A DNA stretch of 64,000 nt, taken from NCBI GenBank assembly GCA_023205875.1, contig CP060760.1, positions 248,001-312,000 of the forward strand, read 5' to 3'. The notes under the pieces were generated by a model. The model ran no database searches. It saw only the letters and a list, made by a program, of their open reading frames with translations, and was not told the origin of the DNA. Of the stretch, positions 52,098 to 63,199 are shown piece by piece. Every line of letters starts with the position of its first letter. Positions within the stretch are counted from its first letter, which is position 1. Source of the DNA: Chloropicon primus (lineage: Eukaryota). The translations under genes and the position numbers were made by a program.

Positions 52098-53726
52098 CAA
52101 GTTGATGTCTTTCTCTCTCATGTTCCAGAAGACATTCTCTGCTTCCAAGTTCACCACGGCCTCATTGCCGTCGTCCACGTAGACCACGCGGACGTTCAGC
52201 TGGCCAAAGCTGTCGTCAATCACATCGACGATGGTGCACTGGCGCCACTTCTGCACGTGGCTTGTCGCGGAGGAGAGCATGAGCTCGAGCGTCTGGCCCT
52301 CCCAGACCTGTGGCTTCGTGGTGTACCTGAACTCGCAGTGCCTGAGGTCAACGAGCTCCACGTCCCCATCGTCGTACTTGATTACGCACGCATCGCTGAC
52401 GAACTTGTTGTGCCTCGATGTATCCTCGTAAGCAGGGTAGGGAGGCGACAGGAACCTGTGCCTCCTGCATTCGGTGAGGACGCCCCCGTACCACTTCCCG
52501 TCCGGGTTGTTGCACCACCTCGTGTTCGTTCCCTTCAAAGAAGAGAGAAGGTAGTGCCTCTGCTCGTAGGCCCAGTACACTTCGACCCTGCGGCCGACGT
52601 CCTTGGGCCCAAAGCTCTCAAACTCGTGCCAGGTGTTCCTCAAGCTCAAGTTCAGGCACTCCACCTCGTTATCGTCGTACTGGATCCGGTGGAGGTTGAG
52701 CGAAGGGTTGTACGTGGTCACAACGCCGGCCCACCACTGGTCCCTGGAGGTACTCTGCTGCTTGCCACACGCCTGGAGACGCTTCTCATCGGGAAGCCAC
52801 CTCACCCTAATCCTCTTCCCGCAGTGGTTGTTCGGGTCAAAGACCCAAGTCTCGTCCAACATGGTGTTCTGCACGCCCACGCACCTGTCTGCGTGAGGCG
52901 TGTAGGGCGCTACCTGAAAGGCCGGGGGAGCAGCGGATGGCGGAGGTGGCGGGGGTGGCTGGTCATGCTGATCGTACGATCTGTCATACGAGAGCGAATC
53001 GGCCGAGTCCAAATCATCATCATCGGGCAAGCCGTAGCCGTAGTCGTCATCATCGTAGCCGTCGTCGGCCACGTTGTATTGGCCGAAAGGAGCAGAGGGC
53101 ATCGGGGGGTCGACCACCTTCTCATTCATGGTGTTCACCCCCTTCTTGATGTCGTCGACGTCCACGCGAAGCTTTGCCAGCTCGGAGGCAATCGACTCGC
53201 CGTAAAGATCGACAGCGTGCTGCTGGTAGACCTGGCCCGCGCCGTTCGGAACGCCCATGGCCGGCATGTTGGACTGCCCTTGGCTCTTCGCTCCCAGGAG
53301 CTTGCCCAGCCAGGTGTTCCTCTCCTGCTTGGAGTTCGCAACGAGGTTCAGGGTCTGGATATCAGGCTGAAGCCCGTCAGGCTTGTACCCCTGCTTGATG
53401 ATGAGCTGCAAGGTAGGGCCTCTGGACTCGTCCCTGATCGGGCAAGAGATCTCTAAGCAGTCCTTGAGCGCGATCGCGATGGAGTACTTGGAGGTGGGCG
53501 TGACGTCCTCCTCATGGAACTTGAAGAGGAAGCCAGACTTCAGGACCCACCACCTCTTCCTCCAGTCCTTTAAGAACTTGGCTTGGGACAGGAGGCTTCC
53601 TTGGTGGTCCGGGCACACCCAGAACTTGACCTCATCCGGGTGGTTGGCCCAAGCGTTGGGCTGGTCCGGGTGGATCACCGGGGGGTAAAACACGTTGACG
53701 TTCGAAGGTTCACCTGAGGCTTGCAT
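52074..53726 (-). CDS. PH domain protein with three Tudor-like domains
   Basis: VKFWVCPDHQGSLLSQAKFLKDWRKRWWVLKSG...ERNTW (AtPH1-like PH). GKRIRVRW..WWAGVV..HRIQYDDNEVECLNL, VGRRVEVYW..WYGG..IKYDDGDVELVDL and VRVVYVDDGNEAVVNL. Confidence 0.75.
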   Translation of the reverse strand: MQASGEPSNVNVFYPPVIHPDQPNAWANHPDEVKFWVCPDHQGSLLSQAKFLKDWRKRWWVLKSGFLFKFHEEDVTPTSKYSIAIALKDCLEISCPIRDESRGPTLQLIIKQGYKPDGLQPDIQTLNLVANSKQERNTWLGKLLGAKSQGQSNMPAMGVPNGAGQVYQQHAVDLYGESIASELAKLRVDVDDIKKGVNTMNEKVVDPPMPSAPFGQYNVADDGYDDDDYGYGLPDDDDLDSADSLSYDRSYDQHDQPPPPPPPSAAPPAFQVAPYTPHADRCVGVQNTMLDETWVFDPNNHCGKRIRVRWLPDEKRLQACGKQQSTSRDQWWAGVVTTYNPSLNLHRIQYDDNEVECLNLSLRNTWHEFESFGPKDVGRRVEVYWAYEQRHYLLSSLKGTNTRWCNNPDGKWYGGVLTECRRHRFLSPPYPAYEDTSRHNKFVSDACVIKYDDGDVELVDLRHCEFRYTTKPQVWEGQTLELMLSSATSHVQKWRQCTIVDVIDDSFGQLNVRVVYVDDGNEAVVNLEAENVFWNMREKDINLSRQVESH

Positions 53727-54317
53727 CGTGCAACGACCCGCCAAAACAAAACAAAACAAAACAAAACCACAACTCAAATCAAAAAAGAGGTTCAAGACAA
53801 CAACCACACGGCGCACGGTTCCCAAAGGTAGGTTCAAACCCCAGTAGTCACAAAAAAGGTGGAATCTTTCTCGTGCCACGAGTGAAGAGGTTGCGTTCTT
53901 GGCCTTCCGAGGGTACCGAGCCGAGCCCAGAACGACGTTCGACCGTCGAAGGAGTGCGTATCTCTCTTCTGATTGATGGATGGATTGAGTGTGAGTGTGA
54001 GTCACTCCTTATCTCTTCGTAGGGTTCCCATCTTAAAGGAAGTGGTCTCCGCAAAACCTTCCCTTCTGTCTCCGCTCGAGACGTCTTCCACCGAAACCAA
54101 AACGACGACGACGACACGAGCGGAGGACCTCATCACTGGACGGCGCGGAAGACAAAGGAGAAAGGGAGAAAGGAACGTCTCCATTGCGAACGAGGGAAGG
54201 GAAGGTTCATTGTTGGGTCGTCATTCAATAGTTGCTGCGAACGAAGCGGTGACTCTGTTTTTTTTTTTTTTTTGGTTTCGAGGAATTGGATACGGACGGC
54301 GCAGAGGTGGAGGCGAG

Positions 54318-54590
54318 ATGCCCAAGCACTACAGGGAGAAGGAGTACAACAGGCATGCGAAGATTGCGGCAAAGCAGGTGAACCGTGCCCACCTTGGGTG
54401 CGCTCAGGAGGTTCAAGTGCTTCTGACGTGCATGAAGAAGCACGGGTACGACGCCTTGAGCGCCAAGTGTCAGAAGGACGCCAGGAGACTCACGCAGTGC
54501 GTGGCGTCCCTCGGCAACGACAAGAAGCAGAAGGACACCCTGAATTACCACCTCCAGAGGCTGTCGAAGATCATGAAGAAGAAGAGGTGA
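54318..54590 (+). CDS. Mitochondrial ribosomal protein mS37/MRP10 (twin CX9C)
   Basis: Twin CX9C motif and LNYHLQRL. Confidence 0.75.
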   Translation: MPKHYREKEYNRHAKIAAKQVNRAHLGCAQEVQVLLTCMKKHGYDALSAKCQKDARRLTQCVASLGNDKKQKDTLNYHLQRLSKIMKKKR

Positions 54591-55833
54591 CCTCGAGATG
54601 GAATCGGGGGGTTTCGACCACCTTCCTTTCCCCCGGGGGGAGGGGTTGGGTGAGGGAGATCCTGCTCTTCATGGCCTGAACTTATTGATGATGATGATCA
54701 TGATGACGATGATGATCTAGAAGCGCGCGTGAGTGCGCGTTTTCGTTCGGGTGCGGAGGGAGGCAGGGGACGAGGATTTTGGGGTTCTGGGTTTTGCTTT
54801 GGGAAGCGACGACGAGGAGGAGGAGGAGGAGGAGGGTGAGGACCTCTCTTTTTCTTCACACACACACACACACACACGCGCGCGCGCGCTCTATTATTCG
54901 GCGCTCTATTATTGTGTGTGCGCGTGTGCGGGAAAGAGGAGACGCACGCACACGCACACGCACGGCGTGCGTGCTTGTAATCCATAAACACGAGGCGATT
55001 CTTTCGAAAAAGCGGGCGCGGTGGTGACGACGTCTGCTGTGGTTGCTTTGGTTGCGCTCGAGTAACAACAGCACCCCACCTTTTTTTGTTTCTGTTCGTG
55101 CGCCGAGAGACCGCCAGGGGCAGCGCCAGGAGTACAGTGGGACTCCAAAGCAGCACCAAGGGCCCTGTTCCCGAACCGGAACACAGTTCTGAGCCTCACA
55201 GCGACGATTTCGTGTGTTCGTTCTCTTGAACCCAAAAAAGAAAAAAGAAAAAAGAGAGAGAAAACAGAGGAGCACGATGGTGAGGAGCACGCACATCAAG
55301 CACATCAAGCACATCAAACACAACAAACCCAAACCCGGCAAGCTTCCACGTCACGTCTCTCCATGTCCAAGTCCAAGGTCCTTTTCAAATTTCATTCCTC
55401 CCGTGATGCCCCATCCGCCACGTCAGAAATTTGGCCATTCAACTTCCCCTCTTTCCCCTCGTTTGAACAAAAACAATCGAAGTTTGGGTTGCTCGGAACC
55501 AAAACCTTGTCACGGTCGGCGAGCGAGGGACCAAGGGGAGGGCGACATTACCGCACGCTAGCGCACGAGACGCGTGAGATTCGTCCATCGGACGCGTTCT
55601 CTTCGGGTTTTTTTTTTTTTTCTTCTCCAACGAGGAGGAACTCTCTCCTTTTTTTCCAGGTCAGCTCCGCAGCGGAGAGGTCACTCCGCCATCGCGAGGA
55701 CGGTGACGGCGACGTTCGAGTCCAGCGAAGGATGCCGTAGCACTGCGTCGGGAAAGGTAGAGCCTCGATCGTCAGGTCTGGAGGTTTTTCGTTCCCTCGA
55801 GTTCGAGAAAAAAAGCAAAACAAAACAATTTAT

Positions 55834-58380
55834 ATGGATAGGATGCCGCCGGCGAATGATTCGACGACGATGGATAACCCTGCGCCGGCGAAGTCGCCTG
55901 CGATGCCAACGCTGAAACACAGCAGGTCGTACGTGACGCTTTCTGACCTTCCGGACCTCGCGGCGCAGTCGGAGGCCCCCGCGAGCGGGGTGGACATGGA
56001 CACGCAGAGCAACGGCCAGCAGGTCACCGCCACCCTGGTGCACGAGGACCACCACAAGGAGTCCTCGGCGGCGACGGACAATCCCTTCAGGAAGGTCCTC
56101 CCGAGCAACGGGAGGACGGAGGTGGTGTCCCTGACCGCCCCGGCCGCGGGGAGGTTCGCGTACAGTAGTAACACTAGTGCAAGCAGCGGCGTCGACCCGG
56201 CAAAGCAGGGCAGGAAGGGCGGGAAGAAGAGGCGCGTGGCCTGGCTCTCGCTGGCGGTTGTCCTGATCGCCACGCTGCTCAGGGGGCGGCGGGAGGCGAG
56301 TCTCCTGGACTTGGGGGCCGGGAAGCTGGAGGTCAGTCGGGCGACGTTGGGAGCGTCGTTGTCGTCGTCGTCGTCGTGGTTGTGGGGCAGCAGCGGGCCA
56401 GCGGACGTGCCGCCCCAGGTCGACCTGGAGAGCTGGAACTCGACCCGTTTCGCGGCGCCCCTGCTGACGGAGTGGGGGGAGGCCCTGAGCCCGGGGGACG
56501 TCTCCTCGGTGGAGCACCACCCGAGGCCGCAGCTCCAGAGGCCCGGCGAATGGGTGAACCTGAACGGGTTCTGGGACTTCAGGGTGGAGGACGCCACGCA
56601 CGGCGCGGGGGTCCCCTCCTCGAGGGGCTTCGAGGGGAAGATCCTGGTGCCCTTCGCGATCGAGAGCGCCCTGTCCGGGGTCGCGAGGGACGTGAGCACC
56701 GAGAAGCAGCTGGTGTACAGGAGGCACCTGGAGCTGCCCGAGTCGTCCCTGGGCGGGGGCAAGCGGCACATCCTTCACTTTGGGGCGGTGGACTGGAAGG
56801 CTTGGGTGTACATTAACGACGAGCTCGTGGGGACCCACGAGGGGGGGTTCGACCCCTTCCACTTTGACGTCACGGGCCACCTCAGGGGGGGTGCGAGGAA
56901 CGGGGGGGGGAAGCACGAGCTCAAGGTGGTGGCGTGGGACCCCACGGAGGATGGCCCGCAGCCCCACGGCAAGCAGTGGAGGGACAAGGGCTCGGACAGA
57001 CTGATCGCCCCCGAGGGAATGTGGTACACGTCGGTGACCGGGATCTGGCAAACCGTGTGGCTCGAGGCCGTGCCGGAGAAGTTTTACATCGAGTCGGTGC
57101 ACCTCACGCCGAGCATCAAGTCCAGGAGCGTGCGGGCCAAGGTCGAGACGGTGGCCCCCGGGGGCGGCATGCCGTACGTCAAGATGACCGCCTACGACGA
57201 GCACGGAATCGTGGGCTTCGGGTCGGGGTGGTCAGGCGACGAGGTCGCCCTGAAGTTCAACGAGAACCACATCCCGAGGCTCTGGTCGCCCGACTCGCCG
57301 TTCTTGTACAACCTCACCGTCTCCCTGCACTTGAGCGGCAGGGGGGAGATCGTGGACCAAGTGGAGAGCTACTTTGCGATGAGGGAGGTGTCCCTGGGCA
57401 GGGCCGGCGAGGCCGTACAGTTTCACTTGAACGGCGAGCCGCTGTTCCAGTACGGCGTCCTGGACCAGGGCTGGTGGCCCGACGGACTTTACACGCCCCC
57501 TTCGGAGGACGCCCTCGCGTTTGACATCCTCAAGGCCAAGGAGTTCGGCTTCAACCTGATCAGGAAGCACGCCAAGGTGGAGTCCGACAGGTTCTACCAC
57601 CTCTGCGACAGGCTTGGCATGCTGGTCTGGCAAGACATGCCGAGCTCCACCGGGATCTACATGTGGAGCCCGGACGGTGCCCACGATTTCGTGGAGGGGG
57701 ACAAGGTCCCCGAGGCGGCTTCCGGGTTCCTGGCCGAGTTGAGGGGGGTGATGCACTCCCTTTACAGCCACCCCTCCGTCGTTGGGTGGATCCCGTTCAA
57801 TGAGGGCTGGGGCCAGTTCGACACCGTCGACATCTTTGCCTGGATGCAGCGTTACGACCCCCAGAGGCTTGTTTGGGTCAGCGGCGGCAATGACTTTGGC
57901 ATCGGCGCGGCCTTTGACAGGCACGTCTACCCGGGACCCAGCTTCGTGCGCCTCGAGGAGTGCCGGGCTTCCGTCCTGGGCGAGTTCGGGGGTAACGGCT
58001 TTGCGATTCCGGAGCACTCCTGGAGGAGTTCCGCCGACGAGGGGGGTGCGGGGGGGGACAACTACGACACCTTTTTGGACTGGGGCTACGCTCAGGTCAG
58101 GACCCTCAAGGAGCTGGAGGGGCATTACCAGCGGCAGATGACGGTCCTGGACGGCCTCGTGAAGCAGGGGCTGAGCGCAGCGATCTTCACGCAGCTCACC
58201 GACGTCGAGAGTGAGTCCAACGGCCTCATGACGTACGACAGGAAGGTGATGAAGCTGGATCCCGAGGTCATGAAGTCCTTCCACGGCGCGCTCTATCGCT
58301 CCGGTAGCGAGGCCAAGCAAGGCCTGCATGAGTTCGGCCTCCACCCCTCGGAGGGAAGCAAGTGCCCCTGGGAGGAGTAA
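55834..58380 (+). CDS. GH2 glycoside hydrolase (beta-galactosidase/glucuronidase family) with N-terminal membrane anchor
   Basis: HPRPQLQR..WVNLNGFW, LHFGAVD, HEGGF, LDQGWWPDGLYT, GFNLIRKHAKVE, WIPFNEGWGQF and LGEFGG. Confidence 0.92.
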   Translation: MDRMPPANDSTTMDNPAPAKSPAMPTLKHSRSYVTLSDLPDLAAQSEAPASGVDMDTQSNGQQVTATLVHEDHHKESSAATDNPFRKVLPSNGRTEVVSLTAPAAGRFAYSSNTSASSGVDPAKQGRKGGKKRRVAWLSLAVVLIATLLRGRREASLLDLGAGKLEVSRATLGASLSSSSSWLWGSSGPADVPPQVDLESWNSTRFAAPLLTEWGEALSPGDVSSVEHHPRPQLQRPGEWVNLNGFWDFRVEDATHGAGVPSSRGFEGKILVPFAIESALSGVARDVSTEKQLVYRRHLELPESSLGGGKRHILHFGAVDWKAWVYINDELVGTHEGGFDPFHFDVTGHLRGGARNGGGKHELKVVAWDPTEDGPQPHGKQWRDKGSDRLIAPEGMWYTSVTGIWQTVWLEAVPEKFYIESVHLTPSIKSRSVRAKVETVAPGGGMPYVKMTAYDEHGIVGFGSGWSGDEVALKFNENHIPRLWSPDSPFLYNLTVSLHLSGRGEIVDQVESYFAMREVSLGRAGEAVQFHLNGEPLFQYGVLDQGWWPDGLYTPPSEDALAFDILKAKEFGFNLIRKHAKVESDRFYHLCDRLGMLVWQDMPSSTGIYMWSPDGAHDFVEGDKVPEAASGFLAELRGVMHSLYSHPSVVGWIPFNEGWGQFDTVDIFAWMQRYDPQRLVWVSGGNDFGIGAAFDRHVYPGPSFVRLEECRASVLGEFGGNGFAIPEHSWRSSADEGGAGGDNYDTFLDWGYAQVRTLKELEGHYQRQMTVLDGLVKQGLSAAIFTQLTDVESESNGLMTYDRKVMKLDPEVMKSFHGALYRSGSEAKQGLHEFGLHPSEGSKCPWEE

Positions 58381-58578
58381 AAACAAGCAAACAAAAACCT
58401 TTGTAATTCTTTCAACACCCAATACCAATCCATCCATCCTTCCCCTTCATCGTAATCCTCCTAAGTCTCAGCCTCAGGCCCCTCCTCTCCGAGATCTTGT
58501 GGAGGGGAGAAGATCTTGGCGGTCCAGCTGAGCTGTGCAACGTCATCAGCAACGAGAGAGCGAGCGAGAGAGAGCGTC

Positions 58579-59724
58579 ATGGTGGGAGGGAACGGAACAG
58601 TGGCGGGTATGAGGAGAAGCGTCGCCTATCGCAAGTCCGGAAGGGCCGCGACAACGATGAGGAGGGCCAACGCGACCCGGTCGGCTGAGAGAAAGGCGAA
58701 GACGTGCCTTGCTGGTGCTGGTGCTCGCGTGGGGAGAGGATTGGGGTCGGGGTCGGGGAAGACCGGCCGTGACGCGAGGCGGCTTTGGGTCTGTCGAGGT
58801 GCCGTCCTCGACACAGAAGTGTCCGAAGGGATCAAGATGGCCTTGTTGGAGCTCGTGGAGGAGAACAACGCCGAGTACAGGACGCAGGTGAGTACCGGTG
58901 CGCGTGAAATCGTCCTCGTGTTCTCCGCTGCTGCTGCTGCAGCCAACTCTCTCACTCTCTCTCCCCTCTTTCTCGGTCTCCCTGCGCGTGCCTGGCCGAG
59001 CGAATCAGCCGAAGAGCGTGCTCGACTCACTTCACCCTCTGCTTCTTGTTCTTGTTCTTTCTCTTCGCAGATCAACGAGCTGTTGTATCAGCTGGAGTCC
59101 AGGAATCCAACGTTGTACCCCACGACGAGCCCGCTGCTGAACGGGGAGTGGGAGTTCAAGTACATCCCAGGCATCGCTCCTGGTCCGGTCCCTTCGCCCA
59201 CGAGGGAGATTGCCTTGTTCATGTACGCCGGGGGCTACACGCCTGGAAAGTTTCTGTTCGACTTGAGCAAGAAGCTCCCAAGCTCCGCGCTCGACATCTC
59301 GGACACCCGGGTGACTATCCAGGCCAGCCAGCCCAGGGGGAAGATAACCGCGACTCTCAAGGTGCTCAACAACACGTTTCCGGTGGAGCTGAGGACTTCT
59401 ATCGAGGCGGAGAGCGACGTCAGGATGAAGGAATCTTACCTGGACGCGGAGGCCATGGGAAGGGACATCACCATCCCCGCTCAGCTCAGAACGGAGAGGG
59501 TCTTTTACATCACGTACCTGGACGAGAACCTGCTCATCTCCAGGGACGAGAGTGGCACGCCAGACATTTTGTACAGAGTCCCCAGCTCCTCGAGACCGGA
59601 GGTGCAGGAGGAGCACGTTGCTGCCGAGGAGGCCAACGAAGTCGTGGAGCCCGACGCAGCCATCAAGCCCGAGGAGAGCGGGGAGGGCGACAAGGACAAG
59701 GACGACGCCTTCAACTCCTGGTAG
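58579..59724 (+). CDS. PAP/fibrillin family plastid protein (2 exons)
   Basis: LESRNPT, LLNGEWEFKY and ITYLDENLLISR. In-frame intron 58888-59070. Confidence 0.87.
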   Translation: MVGGNGTVAGMRRSVAYRKSGRAATTMRRANATRSAERKAKTCLAGAGARVGRGLGSGSGKTGRDARRLWVCRGAVLDTEVSEGIKMALLELVEENNAEYRTQVSTGAREIVLVFSAAAAAANSLTLSPLFLGLPARAWPSESAEERARLTSPSASCSCSFSSQINELLYQLESRNPTLYPTTSPLLNGEWEFKYIPGIAPGPVPSPTREIALFMYAGGYTPGKFLFDLSKKLPSSALDISDTRVTIQASQPRGKITATLKVLNNTFPVELRTSIEAESDVRMKESYLDAEAMGRDITIPAQLRTERVFYITYLDENLLISRDESGTPDILYRVPSSSRPEVQEEHVAAEEANEVVEPDAAIKPEESGEGDKDKDDAFNSW

Positions 59725-59843
59725 TTTTGTAGAAATATATTTTTTTCTTGTTTCCAAAAGTTATTGTGTTCTTCTCCTCCCCCCACCCCACCCCCCCCAC
59801 ACACAACCATCGATCACACCCTACAGGGCAAAAAATTAATAGT

Positions 59844-61065
59844 TCAAGTCTGCAACTTCAGCGGCATCGCTCGGGTGCCGAAGAGGTCGGGGCTTCCCTT
59901 GAAGCCATACGAAAGGCAGTAGTGGGCCATGATGAGGTGCCACTCCTCCAGCTCGTCCAGGAACTCGATCCTCTCCGTCCTCTTTCTCTCGTCCTGGTTC
60001 ACGTACTTGCCGTACACCTCCAGCATGTCGTGGACACCTCCGCAGGTGAATCCGCACTCTTCCAGGAGCTTGGCGTGGGATTCCTTTGCCGGGAAGCTCC
60101 TTATGCCCGGCAAGGGGCACCCCCTGGACTCCACATTATAGATGAGCTGCTGGCCAAAGGGGTCATCTGGCCCAATCATGTCGTAGATCAGCACGCAGCA
60201 CCTCTCGAAAGTGTTTGCCAGGAGAGACAACAGGTTCCTCGTGGCGTCCCCGTCCAGGTAAGCCAGCACGCACTCCAGCAGGATGAAGGTGGGAGCCTCG
60301 TAGTCTGCTTGGGCGACATCGAGGGACGCTTTCACTTTTGCAGGGTCCCTCAGGTCCGAAGGAAGCAAGGCGTACTTTGCGGAAGATATCGTGCCCGATT
60401 CCACGTCGACTTTGGCCTCCCCGCTCTGGTCCTCGCCCGCCAGCAGCCCGCAAAGCGCGGGGCTCTTCTTCACCGACCTGCACTTGCTGCACGTCACCTC
60501 CTTGTGGTCCAGCTCGATGTACAGCTTGGGTTCCGCCTTGGCTTCCCTCAGTCGAAAGAAGTTCGTGTCCCACCCGGATCCCAAGGACACGATCTGCGCG
60601 CCGCCGCTGCCGCCCCCCGCAGCCTCCATGAAGCCCTGAATGGCCTGCCTTATGGCTTGCACCCGGGCAAAGTAGCCCCTGTTTATCATGGGCGGCCTCC
60701 TGGTTCGCCGCCTGACAAACAGGTGCACGAAGTCATCCTGGAAGTACCCGAGCGTGGCGCAAGACCTGCGGGATGGTGGTGCGTGGGAGGAACAAAGCGA
60801 AACAACCCATTCATGAATGACCCAGTCAGTCGCCAGGCGAGGAAACAAAACACAAGCAAGCAAGCGGCAGAGAACCAACGAGGCAAGGAGCAGAGGAGTG
60901 AACGAAACACACAACACACACACACACACACACACACCCGTGTTCGCGGTCGGCTCTCACGTACAATTTCGACACGGTGGCGTCGTCGTTCGTTCCTTGC
61001 ACGCATCGATCTGCATTCCCTCCGGGAACGCTGCGCCTCGCGTCCGGCACCCTGAACGCTGCCAT
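59844..61065 (-). CDS. LCMT1: Leucine carboxyl methyltransferase 1 (2 exons)
   Basis: Exons 61065-60965 and 60765-59844. VQGTNDDATVSKLSCATLGYFQD, PMINRGYFAR, QIVSLGSGWDT and FLDELEEWHLIMAHY. Confidence 0.93.
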
Positions 61066-61372
61066 CCCCCAACCAACGCCAGTCACTCTGCTCTGCTCCC
61101 TCGATTCTCTGTCTCCTCCTCAGAGCGAGCGGTAATCCGTTCGAGCGAACGCTCGTTGGAAAGCGCGCGACGAGACGCTTCCGATGAGACTCCTCAATAT
61201 AGTTTAAACTCAACGTTGTATCTACAAACTTCCATCAACCGTGCTCTCCCCCTCATTGCGCTCCTCATGCTCTCTCCAGACAGAAGGGAGAGGGAAAAAA
61301 AAATTGGCGCTTCGCTTCGAGAGAGAGAGAGAGAGAGGGACGAGTGCGAGACGAGAGACGAGAGACTGCGCG

Positions 61373-62710
61373 ATGTCAGGGAGCTTGCTAGGTGACCGGC
61401 GCAGTCGGATCACGGAGGTTGCTCCGACTCACCCTGCATTGAAGCGGAAGAGGAACACCACGAACGCGATCCCTTTGCAGATCGCTCCCCTCCTTCCGGA
61501 CTCTGCCTTCTTCGTTCGGTTGTCTCAGTTCGAGAAGCGCGTGGATGCTACGCTGGACACCAAGCTGGAGAGAGTGAAGACGGTGGTTAACGCCAAGCAG
61601 AGTGCTCCCCTCTCCAAGTACAAGTACACGGTCGACCTCTACGTTACCATGGAGAGGAAGGTTGTGGACGGCACCGACGAGGGTGCCACGGCGACGGCGA
61701 CGGCGACGGAGGGGAGGAAGGCCGGGTGCGAGCTTTATGTGTACGGGAGCGTGGAGCTTTGCAAGCCGCACGAGGAGGTGCAGGGATCGGGGGAGGAGGC
61801 CAAGCTGGAGCTCACGGACGTCCTCAAGTCCGTGACGGTGAAGGGTTTCAAGCCGGCTGCCCCTGTGCAGGTGGGCGGGGGGACTGGCGTGGCGTCCTTG
61901 GAGGACGTGTCCTTCAGCTGGACGTCGGCCGATTACAACGGGGAACCCTCCAGCTGCCTCAAGCTGGATTGCAACGAGTTCTTCCCGGGTTCCAAAGTGC
62001 AAGTGTCGTGGGAGGTCAAGCACCAGGAGGAGAAGTTTGTTGTTCCTTGTCAGATCTCTTCCGTGTTGGGTGTGCAGGTGGACACGAAGACGAACATCAT
62101 TTCAAGGCTGTGGAACTACATGAAGCTGAAGGGGTCAGCCACGACGAACGAGGCGGCTGCTGTGGAGTTCACCAACCCGAGCATAAAGGCGTTCTTCGCC
62201 GAGGGGGAGAAGACTTCGGACTTGAAGCTTCCGGTGATTGGTCAGAAGTTGCGGAAGGCCTTGGTGCCTTCGAAGCGACCATGCCTGGAGTACACCATAC
62301 CGAGGGCAGATGATGACCAGGGGATCGACGACGTGAAGTCCCTCTCGTTCGTGGTCAGAATTCCTTCCAAGTCCTTCGCCGCGACCCTTTCGGACGCGGA
62401 CAAGCTGTTGAAGAAGGTCAAGAACACAAGGGCGTTCGACCTGATGGACAAGGACATCAAGAGGCTCGTGGACGAGATCAACGAGAGGAAGAGGAGGAGA
62501 AACTTTTATTTGGGGTTCTCGCAGTCCCCCGTGGACTTTGTGACGAGCTTGATAGAGTCCCAGCAGAGAGATCTCAACCAGATGATGAATTACGAGGCGA
62601 CCGATATTCACCAGAGGTCCCACATTTTCCGGGACGCGTGGGTACACGACGCCTCCATCAGGTACCTCCACCAGAGGATCGCGGGCAACGAGAACGGAAG
62701 CCAAAACTGA
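61373..62710 (+). CDS. SWP73: SWI/SNF subunit SWP73/BAF60 (SMARCD), SWIB domain
   Basis: LLPDSAFFVRLSQFEKRVD, IISRLWNYMK and RRNFYLGFSQSPVDFVTSLIESQQRDL. Confidence 0.88.
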   Translation: MSGSLLGDRRSRITEVAPTHPALKRKRNTTNAIPLQIAPLLPDSAFFVRLSQFEKRVDATLDTKLERVKTVVNAKQSAPLSKYKYTVDLYVTMERKVVDGTDEGATATATATEGRKAGCELYVYGSVELCKPHEEVQGSGEEAKLELTDVLKSVTVKGFKPAAPVQVGGGTGVASLEDVSFSWTSADYNGEPSSCLKLDCNEFFPGSKVQVSWEVKHQEEKFVVPCQISSVLGVQVDTKTNIISRLWNYMKLKGSATTNEAAAVEFTNPSIKAFFAEGEKTSDLKLPVIGQKLRKALVPSKRPCLEYTIPRADDDQGIDDVKSLSFVVRIPSKSFAATLSDADKLLKKVKNTRAFDLMDKDIKRLVDEINERKRRRNFYLGFSQSPVDFVTSLIESQQRDLNQMMNYEATDIHQRSHIFRDAWVHDASIRYLHQRIAGNENGSQN

Positions 62711-63199
62711 TGGAACAACTGTGATAAAACTGTAGTTATAGATGATGTAGCATTCGCAAGGCCTCAAGGTCAAGTTTGAGCCGACGAAGACCTCAAAAAC
62801 GGCATCCGCAGACCTCTCGGATCGAGCAAGAAGATCTGGTGGCCATCCCAAACCCATTGACCTCCACCCACCTTAGCGTTAGTGATGCGCTGTGCGCTTC
62901 TCTCTCACGTTTCGTTTTCTGGTGGATTTCTAGGTTTTAGCTGAACCATCATAACGGGCGAACACGAAGGCGAACGAGGATGGGACGAGAGAGAAACGAA
63001 GAGGACGGGAGCGCGAGGAGGGGACACATTGGGGAGTGCTCCTCTTCGTCATGAGAAAAAGCCAAAATGGTCAAAAAGAAGCTCTGGTGAGGACACAGGA
63101 TGGAGCCGGGTGCGAATATGGTGAAGGCGGAGAAAGAGGAGAGGAAAACCACTGGTGAGGGAAAGAAAGGAGGGTAACGCGGCAACAACGGGTGTTTAG

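Noticed and set aside
55130..55147. CAGTG-loop hairpin resembling an iron-responsive element
   Set aside because: The closing pair is a mismatch and the C-bulge/5-bp upper stem geometry is absent.
4323..58380. Glycan gene cluster (GT29, GT4/GT2, GH19, GH2)
   Set aside because: The genes are roughly 9-20 kb apart and interspersed with unrelated housekeeping genes, so there is no evidence of clustering.
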